In this document: positions 20,478 to 27,343 of the stretch, one piece after another | Layout of the letters: each line of letters starts with the position of its first letter | Position numbering within the stretch: the first letter of the stretch is position 1 | NCBI GenBank assembly: GCA_964469215.1 | Contig: CAYXYB010000013.1 | Location: 17,305 to 81,304 of the forward strand | Direction: 5' to 3' | DNA length: 64,000 nucleotides | Source of the DNA: an uncultured Lentimicrobiaceae bacterium | GTDB taxonomy: Bacteria; Bacteroidota; Bacteroidia; Bacteroidales; SKPS01 | Program-made: the position numbers and the translations under genes | The notes under the pieces: generated by a model | Told to the model about the DNA's origin: nothing | Seen by the model: the letters and a program-made list of their open reading frames with translations, nothing else | The model's database searches: none

Positions 20478-20810
20478 ATGAACATCGAGAACATAAATGC
20501 GCAAATGAGGAAAGGGGTTCTTGAGCTTTGCATCCTGTCGATAATAATCAGGAAAGAGGCCTATGCATCAGACATTTTGGATGTATTGAAGCGGCACAAG
20601 ATGATAGTTGTAGAGGGAACCCTATACCCTCTTCTCACACGTTTAAAAAATGAGGGTTATCTTGAATATTACTGGACTGAATCGAAATCAGGGCCGCCGC
20701 GTAAGTATTACCGGATAACTGTTTTAGGTGAAAAACTATTTGAGGAGTTAACCCGAAGTTGGGATGAGCTTCAACAGATTGTAAAAAAACTTATGAATGA
20801 AAACAAATAA
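20478..20810 (+). CDS. PadR-family winged-helix transcriptional regulator
   Basis: 110 aa. MRKGVLELCILSII...EGTLYPLLTRLKNEGYLEYYW..S..GPPRKYYRIT..G is the canonical PadR wHTH signature. Start set at the first ATG (20478); the ORF-track start is an upstream alternative codon. Confidence 0.88.
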   Translation: MNIENINAQMRKGVLELCILSIIIRKEAYASDILDVLKRHKMIVVEGTLYPLLTRLKNEGYLEYYWTESKSGPPRKYYRITVLGEKLFEELTRSWDELQQIVKKLMNENK

Positions 20811-20841
20811 AGGCAATCAATAAACAAATTCAAGACAAAAG

Positions 20842-22431
20842 ATGAAAAAGAGTTATTCTGTAAACATCAGTGGTATCATTTTTCAGGTTGATGAAGATGC
20901 TTACGACAAGCTGAACCGTTATCTCGACAGGTTAGACCTGCATTTTGCGGACACACAAGGCAAAGAGGAGATCATCGCAGACATCGAACAAAGGATCGCC
21001 GAGATGGTTATGAACAAGCTCGGAGACCAGAACAGGGTTGTAACTCTGGTTATTATTGAGGATATCATCAGGACACTTGGCGAACCGGCAGATTTCGATG
21101 ATAACATACAGGAGCCGCCGCAGTCAAGTGGTCGTTACAGAAAGAGGTTGTACCGGGATCCGGACGACAAGGTTCTTGGTGGAGTAGCCAGTGGTATGGG
21201 TGCTTATTTTAATACAGATCCCATCTGGTTCAGGATTGGATTTATTGCGCTCACCATCTTTGGTGGGTCGGGAATCCTTATATACCTTGTTTTATGGCTT
21301 ATAGTACCTGAAGCCAGGACTACAGCCGAAAGACTGGAGATGCGGGGTGAGCCTATCAATATCAACAACATTGAAAGAACCATAAAAGAGGAGATGAACG
21401 ATCTGAGAAGCAGATTCGGAAACTGGAAACAAGGCAAAGGTTACCGAAAAAAAAAAGATCCCACGGGAAGAGTAATTGAATCGGCAGGCCAGATATTTGT
21501 GACTTTGACAGTCCTTTTTGCAAAAATTCTGGCAGGAGTTATTGGATTTTCGATAATTGTATCATTAATTGCTCTATTCTTTGCCCTCTTTGTACCCGGA
21601 ATTTCGTTTCATGGTTTTCCATTTATATATGATGTTTCGGTTCATGATTTTCTTACCGCATTAACCGGTAGCTCAGGTGTGGCATGGATAGTTCTGCTTT
21701 CATTAGTTCTGATAATCCTGCTGCCATTGCTGGGATTGCTCTGGACTGGCATACGGCTCCTCTTCGGAAGGCCCAGAGCCGGAAAACTTCCGGGTGTGGC
21801 ATTCTCGGGTTTGTGGATTGTTGCAATTCTTTTTATCACTGTTATTACAATAATAAATATCAACGATTTCAGCACTAAAGGATTCGTGACAAAAACAGAA
21901 ACCATCTCTGTTAAGCCTAATGATACTTTGATCATTGGCATGACAGGTTTGAATACAGTATTATGGATTGATGATGATGAGGAAAGTGGAAATTTCCGCA
22001 CACTGAAGATCAAGCATGATGGAGGTAGTCATATTGTTTTGGGTAAATCGGTAATAGAATTCAGGCAGAGTAATGATGATTCAGTTGTTATCACAAGTAT
22101 CAGAAGGGCAAGGGGTGATGGTCACAGCACTGCAAAGGAAAGAGCAGAGGAAATCATACACACCATTTCTGTAAAAGATAACCGGATTGATATCGAAAAA
22201 TATTTTTCGACGACTCCCGGCTCGTTGTTCAGAAACCAGGAGGTGAAAATAAATATTTACATTCCTGAAAATCATGTTTTTATTTTCGATCCTGTTTTAC
22301 AACAATCAAATGATCAGATAAAAAATCTTACTCCATTATGGGATAAAGATATACTCGACAAACCACTTACTATGAAGAACAATAAGCTGGTTGAAGTAGA
22401 GAAGCCGGTAAATAGTGATGAAAAATTATAA
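20842..22431 (+). CDS. PspC-domain membrane sensor with an N-terminal DUF1700/HAAS-like helical domain and a C-terminal beta-rich domain
   Basis: PspC domain LYRDPDDKVLGGVASGMGAYFNTDPIWFRIGFIALTIFGGSGILIYLVLWLIVPEA. The N-terminal helical region (YDKLNRYLDRL...EEIIADIEQRIAEM...IIRTLGEPADF) resembles PadR-associated DUF1700. Several further TM helices are followed by about 190 aa of beta-rich sequence. Confidence 0.85.
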   Translation: MKKSYSVNISGIIFQVDEDAYDKLNRYLDRLDLHFADTQGKEEIIADIEQRIAEMVMNKLGDQNRVVTLVIIEDIIRTLGEPADFDDNIQEPPQSSGRYRKRLYRDPDDKVLGGVASGMGAYFNTDPIWFRIGFIALTIFGGSGILIYLVLWLIVPEARTTAERLEMRGEPININNIERTIKEEMNDLRSRFGNWKQGKGYRKKKDPTGRVIESAGQIFVTLTVLFAKILAGVIGFSIIVSLIALFFALFVPGISFHGFPFIYDVSVHDFLTALTGSSGVAWIVLLSLVLIILLPLLGLLWTGIRLLFGRPRAGKLPGVAFSGLWIVAILFITVITIININDFSTKGFVTKTETISVKPNDTLIIGMTGLNTVLWIDDDEESGNFRTLKIKHDGGSHIVLGKSVIEFRQSNDDSVVITSIRRARGDGHSTAKERAEEIIHTISVKDNRIDIEKYFSTTPGSLFRNQEVKINIYIPENHVFIFDPVLQQSNDQIKNLTPLWDKDILDKPLTMKNNKLVEVEKPVNSDEKL

Positions 22432-22454
22432 AATATCAACAAAAACAAAAAGCA

Positions 22455-23207
22455 ATGGAATTGAGAAAGATCATACTTCGGATAATAATCATGGCGCTGT
22501 TTCTGACCGCTATCCTTTTTACAGTTCGGTTCTGTGACAAGGTCTCATCAGGATTACGAAAGGCAATAAAAGGGGATGGGAATATAATACGGAAGGAGAT
22601 GCCGGTAAAGGCTCCTTTCAGTGCCATCAGGATAAACGGATCGATAAATGCATGGATAAGGCAGTCGGCAGAAACAAAATTAGAGTTGATAGCCGATTCC
22701 AATCTGATACCATTTATTTATATGGAATTTGATGATGAAATACTTACCATCAGACAAAAGAGAAACCTGCATCTGTCGGAACCTGCCAAACTTCTTATCA
22801 GCGTACCTGACCTTAAATCAGTTACTGTTGATGGTGCTGCAGAGATAAGAATACCTGACACTATGTACACAAACGATTTTTATCTTGATATCAGAGGGGC
22901 TGGTATTGCTGAACTGTTGCTTAAATGCGACCGTGTAGAGTCATCCATATCGGGAGCAGGAGCTATCAAGCTTGGTGGCATATCCGGTTTTGCCAAAAGC
23001 ACAATAAAAGGGGCAGGCAGGCTTTCGGCAGGCAATTTTATTGTAAAGGATCACGAGGTAGTGTTGAACGGAGCCGGAAAAGCTTCAGTTACTGCAACAG
23101 AAACTATAGATGCTACGATAAATGGCACAGGAGTGATAGAATACTATGGCAATCCGAAAGTTATCCCCAAAATAAACGGAATAGGTAGGATCAGACCGGT
23201 AAATTAA
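22455..23207 (+). CDS. DUF2807 / head-GIN (Toastrack-type) domain protein
   Basis: N-terminal TM/signal anchor followed by repeated GAG/GSG-type rungs (RGAGIAELLL, SGAGAIKLGG, KGAGRLSAGN, NGAGKASVTA, NGTGVIEYYGNPK). Third gene of the padR-pspC operon. Confidence 0.8.
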   Translation: MELRKIILRIIIMALFLTAILFTVRFCDKVSSGLRKAIKGDGNIIRKEMPVKAPFSAIRINGSINAWIRQSAETKLELIADSNLIPFIYMEFDDEILTIRQKRNLHLSEPAKLLISVPDLKSVTVDGAAEIRIPDTMYTNDFYLDIRGAGIAELLLKCDRVESSISGAGAIKLGGISGFAKSTIKGAGRLSAGNFIVKDHEVVLNGAGKASVTATETIDATINGTGVIEYYGNPKVIPKINGIGRIRPVN

Positions 23208-23275
23208 CAAAGAAGTGAATCTGATCTGGTTTACGAAATACAAGTCAGGCAAACAATAGGCATTATTCATTGTTT

Positions 23276-23309
23276 AAACAGAATAGCTTATCTAATGCTA
23301 TTCTGTTTT
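23276..23309 (+). terminator. intrinsic terminator after the padR-pspC-DUF2807 operon
   Basis: 12-bp perfect stem AAACAGAATAGC / GCTATTCTGTTT with a 9-nt loop, followed by TTGATT. Confidence 0.7.
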
Positions 23310-23358
23310 GATTATTCAAAAGAATTGATCATTTTTGACCTGTAAAACCATTTCGAAA

Positions 23359-25797
23359 ATGAAGGATAAACGCAAACAAATGGATCTTGAGATTACTTCT
23401 GAGATGGTGCTTGAAGACTACCGTATTGCCTGTGAGAGCAGGCAGGTAAGCCTTCTTGGCAGGAAGGAGGTGTTAACGGGAAAGGCCAAGTTTGGTATTT
23501 TCGGTGATGGCAAAGAGATACCTCAGCTTGCCATGGCAAGGGTATTTATGCCGGGTGACTGGCGTTCGGGTTATTACAGGGATCAGACTTTTATGTTTGC
23601 ATCGGGGCTGATGTCTCTGGAGGAGTTTTTTGCACAGCTTTACGGTGATACTGACCAGAAGTTTAATCCTGCAAACGCCGGAAGGCTGATGAACAACCAT
23701 TTTTCAACATCAACCCTTGATGCTGATGGTAAGTGGAGAGATCTCACTGTTTTAAAAAATTCATCGAGCGATATATCTCCTACTGCAGGTCAGATGCCCA
23801 GATTACTTGGGCTCGCCTATGCTTCGAAACTTTTTCGCAAGGTGACGGAATTCAGGGAGTTGAAAGGTTATTCAAAAAACGGAAATGAGGTGGCATTTGG
23901 CACCATTGGTGATGCAAGTACCTCCGAGGGGCATTTCTTTGAAACAATGAACGCTGCGGCTGTTTTGAAGGTTCCTTTGGTAATGTCGGTCTGGGATGAT
24001 GGTTATGGGATATCTGTTCCGAAGAAAATGCAGACAGCAAAGCAGAGTATTTCAGAGATCATGAAGGGTTTTGAATACAATGATGAGCTGGGTGGAATCA
24101 AGATTTTCAGGGTAAAGGGATGGAATTATCCAGAACTGATAAAAACATATCGTGATGCTGTTTCCATTGCCAGGGAGAAGCACATTCCGGTATTGATACA
24201 TGTAACAGAGTTGACACAGCCACAGGGTCACAGCACCTCAGGTTCTCATGAAAGATACAAGGATAAGGAGAGGCTTCAATGGGAAAAGAACCATGACGGG
24301 TTGACTAGGATGCGGGAATATATATTAACAAATGGTTTTGGTGATGCAAAAATTCTTGAAGAGATTGAAAAAGGTGCCATTGAAAGGGCCCGCCAGGCAA
24401 GGAACCATGCCTGGAATAATTTCTCATCGCCTATAAAAAAAAGACGTGATGACTTCCTGACAGCAGTTGATATTGCTACGTGCCGATGTGCCGGGACATC
24501 AAAAATTGCAACAGTAAAAGATCAGTTATCAAGGATAGGTGAGCCTATCAGGTCTGACATCACTGCAGCGGGTAAACAGATCACAAGGCTTATCTGCGAC
24601 TCCTGTACAAATCCGGAGAACTCTCTGAAGAAAAGGGTAACAGAATGGCTCGATAATGATATTGCTGATAATGAAGAACATTACAGTACTTATCTGTACA
24701 GCCAGTCTGATGAATCGGCTTTACTTGTAAGTCCGGTTACCCCTGAATATGATAATGAACCGGAACTGGTACCAGGCAGGGAAATACTCCGTGACAACTA
24801 TGATTATATATTTGCAAATGATTCGCGCGTGTTGATATTTGGTGAAGATGTAGGGCGGATTGGAGGTGTAAACCAGACTCTTGAAGGGTTACAACAGAAA
24901 TACGGTGAATATCGGATCGGGGATACAGGTATTCGAGAAGCAACTATTGCAGGCCAGGCGATTGGTTTGGCAATGCGCGGATTAAGACCTATTGCTGAGA
25001 TACAGTATTTTGATTATCTGCTTTATGCCCTTCAGATTCTGAGTGACGACCTTGCCACACTCCGGTACCGCACCAAAGGAAGACAAAAAGCCCCGGTAAT
25101 AATCTCAACCCGTGGCCATCGTCTTGAAGGGATATGGCACTCAGGATCTCCGTTAAGTATGGTAATAAATTCCCTGCGGGGCATTTACGTGCTTACACCA
25201 AGGAATATGACACAGGCAGCAGGCTTTTACAATACAATGCTTGCTTCTGATGATCCCGCACTTATCATTGAACCACTTAACGGATACAGAATAAGGGAAC
25301 CTAAACCAAATAATATCGGGCAATACAGAATACCTTTGGGTGTACCTGAAATACTGGAGAAGGGTGATGATGTTACAATTGTTACATACGGGTCGTGTGT
25401 TGGTATTGCACAGAAAGCACTTCAACAACTCAAAGGATTTAATATCAGTGCGGAATTGATTGATGTGCAATCGCTTCTCCCGTTTGACCTTAATCACATT
25501 ATTGCAGAATCAATAAAAAAGACAAATAAAGTATTATTTTTCGATGAGGATGTGCCGGGAGGAGCCACCTCTTTCATGATGCAGAAAGTGCTTGAAGGGC
25601 AGAAAGCGTGGCAATGGCTTGATGCTGAACCCAGAACTCTTACAGCCAGGGAACACCGCGCAGCATACAGCACAGATGGTGATTATTTTTCCAATCCCAA
25701 TGCTGAGGATGTATTCGACGTAGTATATAATATGATGCATGAATACAATCCAGGAAAGTACCCGAAGATCTTCAGTTATAAGACCGGTAGTCGGTAG
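23359..25797 (+). CDS. fused alpha/beta E1 component of a 2-oxoacid (branched-chain type) dehydrogenase, TPP-dependent
   Basis: About 810 aa. The N-terminal half resembles E1-alpha (GDGKEIPQLAMARV..., GTIGDASTSEGHFFETMNAAAVLKVP). The C-terminal half resembles E1-beta/transketolase (FGEDVGRIGGVNQTLEGLQQKYGEYRIGDTGIREATIAGQAIGLAMRGLRPIAEIQYFDY). Start set at the first ATG; the ORF-track start is a TTG. Confidence 0.85.
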   Translation: MKDKRKQMDLEITSEMVLEDYRIACESRQVSLLGRKEVLTGKAKFGIFGDGKEIPQLAMARVFMPGDWRSGYYRDQTFMFASGLMSLEEFFAQLYGDTDQKFNPANAGRLMNNHFSTSTLDADGKWRDLTVLKNSSSDISPTAGQMPRLLGLAYASKLFRKVTEFRELKGYSKNGNEVAFGTIGDASTSEGHFFETMNAAAVLKVPLVMSVWDDGYGISVPKKMQTAKQSISEIMKGFEYNDELGGIKIFRVKGWNYPELIKTYRDAVSIAREKHIPVLIHVTELTQPQGHSTSGSHERYKDKERLQWEKNHDGLTRMREYILTNGFGDAKILEEIEKGAIERARQARNHAWNNFSSPIKKRRDDFLTAVDIATCRCAGTSKIATVKDQLSRIGEPIRSDITAAGKQITRLICDSCTNPENSLKKRVTEWLDNDIADNEEHYSTYLYSQSDESALLVSPVTPEYDNEPELVPGREILRDNYDYIFANDSRVLIFGEDVGRIGGVNQTLEGLQQKYGEYRIGDTGIREATIAGQAIGLAMRGLRPIAEIQYFDYLLYALQILSDDLATLRYRTKGRQKAPVIISTRGHRLEGIWHSGSPLSMVINSLRGIYVLTPRNMTQAAGFYNTMLASDDPALIIEPLNGYRIREPKPNNIGQYRIPLGVPEILEKGDDVTIVTYGSCVGIAQKALQQLKGFNISAELIDVQSLLPFDLNHIIAESIKKTNKVLFFDEDVPGGATSFMMQKVLEGQKAWQWLDAEPRTLTAREHRAAYSTDGDYFSNPNAEDVFDVVYNMMHEYNPGKYPKIFSYKTGSR

Positions 25798-25848
25798 TCA
25801 GGAGTCGGTAGTCAGGAGTCGGTAGTCAGGAGTCGTGTACCCTGTACC
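25786..25848. repeat. tandem heptamer array GGTAGTC/AGGAGTC x7 plus GTGTACC/CTGTACC, overlapping the 3' end of the E1 gene
   Basis: Read directly: ggtagtc ggtagtc aggagtc ggtagtc aggagtc ggtagtc aggagtc gtgtacc ctgtacc. The E1 stop codon TAG (25795-25797) lies in unit 2. GGTAGTC x2 also occurs at 45687-45700. Confidence 0.95.
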
Positions 25849-25858
25849 TAATCCAATA

Positions 25859-25891
25859 AAAAGAGAGCGCCTTTTTGGGGCGCTCTCTTTT
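25859..25891. terminator. bidirectional intrinsic terminator between convergent genes
   Basis: 13-bp stem AAAGAGAGCGCC.../...GGCGCTCTCTTT with a 7-nt loop. The A-run and T-run are built into the arms, so either strand reads as a hairpin followed by U-rich sequence. It lies between the E1 gene (+) and the 25911 gene (-). Confidence 0.8.
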
Positions 25892-25910
25892 GTGTAATGA
25901 TGTAAGTATT

Positions 25911-27215
25911 TTATTTCAACACAACCATTTTCTTGCTGGCTTTGTAGTTTCCTGCTGTCAGGGTATAGAAATAGATACCGTTTGTGAGGTTTGCTGCATC
26001 TACTTCGATAGTTTGTATGCCTGGTATTTCAACACCTTTGTTGATGCTCATTACTTTTCTTCCGGTCTGGTCGAACAGGTCGAAAGTAACATCGGCTGCT
26101 TCGCTGAGGCTATAATTTATGGAGGTTACATTGTTGAATGGGTTCGGTTGGTTCTGGCTCAGGGTAATAATATTCCCTTGAGGCTGATTAACGTAAGACT
26201 CTTCAGCGGTAAGTTTATAATAGATTAGGTGATTTTCAAAACCCCATGTATTGTCCCAGGCATATTTCGGAATCTGAAATTCGTACCATCCTTGCGGATT
26301 GGTGGGATCCATTGATTGCCTCTTTGTAGCAATGGATGAGCAATTGTAATCTCCTTTGGCATAGCTTGGATAAGTTTCTTCACCTTGTTCCTCATAAGAA
26401 AGGAAAAGAACCCTGTTTTTGCTGGTGAGAGTGTCAACATTCGGTATCCAGGTATAACCGGGTATAAATTTAACAGTAGAAGCAACCAAACGGCCTGCAT
26501 TTACCTGTGGTATGTTACTTGTGTTCACATAAGCCACAACTGTTCCATCATCAAGAGTATCATTTGCAAAGGCTTGAGTCAGAAGGACTGTATAAGTATA
26601 TTTGTCAACGGCTTTGGAGGAAAGGTCACCGGCATTAAACTGCAAAGCAGGAAATCTAACAGTGTCTTCGCCATATTCTGCCGACATGCCTGTGAACATA
26701 TATGTCGGCAAATCGGAAGCAGTATTGTTAGACCATACTTCTATGATAAGCGTATCAACAATAGTAGGATCAGGATGAAATCTGTCATAATAGAACTGCA
26801 CTCCAACCGAATCAACGGTATATGGCATATAGTTGTTTATAAAAAGCTCGCCAGGATAATTGAAGGGATCATTGAACCATTCTGATTTTGGGTCCAATAC
26901 ATCTCCAAGTATATGAAAGCTTGGTGTTCCGGGGCCACTGGTATATATTACCTGAATAGTGCTATCGGGGAACAGGTAATGACCATTAAGGATGCTGATA
27001 TTGCTAAGAGCATTATTCATAGTAATTCCATAATTGTACCACCTGGATTTCTGAGCTTTTGAATTCATTGCTTTCAGGTGATTGATGCCTGGCTTAAGAT
27101 CCAGATTGACCTTTTCTGCAATTTCACTCTTTTCATATTTAAGAACCTGAGTTTGCGCGAAGGTGCTGAAAATGAAAGCAATCATCACAATTGTACTGAG
27201 TATAATTTTCTTCAT
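25911..27215 (-). CDS. T9SS-sorted secreted protein of unknown function
   Basis: Signal peptide MKKIILSTIVMIAFIFSTFAQ. C-terminal T9SS sorting domain LSQNQPNPFNNVTSINYSL...NGIYFYTLTAGNYKASKKMVVLK. Confidence 0.85.
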   Translation of the reverse strand: MKKIILSTIVMIAFIFSTFAQTQVLKYEKSEIAEKVNLDLKPGINHLKAMNSKAQKSRWYNYGITMNNALSNISILNGHYLFPDSTIQVIYTSGPGTPSFHILGDVLDPKSEWFNDPFNYPGELFINNYMPYTVDSVGVQFYYDRFHPDPTIVDTLIIEVWSNNTASDLPTYMFTGMSAEYGEDTVRFPALQFNAGDLSSKAVDKYTYTVLLTQAFANDTLDDGTVVAYVNTSNIPQVNAGRLVASTVKFIPGYTWIPNVDTLTSKNRVLFLSYEEQGEETYPSYAKGDYNCSSIATKRQSMDPTNPQGWYEFQIPKYAWDNTWGFENHLIYYKLTAEESYVNQPQGNIITLSQNQPNPFNNVTSINYSLSEAADVTFDLFDQTGRKVMSINKGVEIPGIQTIEVDAANLTNGIYFYTLTAGNYKASKKMVVLK

Positions 27216-27262
27216 AATTTTAAAAATTTTAGTTAATAATTCTTGATATTTCCTATTGACTG

Positions 27263-27270
27263 CAAATATA
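27263..27270 (-). promoter_or_regulatory. candidate -7 box (TATATTTG on minus strand) for the 25911-27215 gene
   Basis: The plus strand reads CAAATATA, which is TAnnTTTG on the minus strand, about 48 nt upstream of the ATG at 27215. Confidence 0.35.
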
Positions 27271-27283
27271 TAACTTTTTTTTT

Positions 27284-27321
27284 AGTACGAGAGAAAAATT
27301 TGTGAATTTTTCTCTCGTACT
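27284..27321. terminator. 17-bp perfect inverted repeat, probable terminator downstream of gcvP
   Basis: AGTACGAGAGAAAAATT tgtg AATTTTTCTCTCGTACT, flanked by T9 on the left and A6 on the right. It sits 23 nt after the gcvP stop. Confidence 0.55.
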
Positions 27322-27343
27322 AAAAAATTCAATATTAAATCTT

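Noticed and set aside
26385-26885. Long antisense ORFs inside real genes (26385-26885; also 28272-28757 in gcvP, 41763-42215 in the MFS gene, 3885-4316 in rnfC, 15740-16075 and 17287-17622 in the ligases)
   Set aside because: All lie fully within genes that have strong homology-type signatures on the other strand. Their translations show no motifs.
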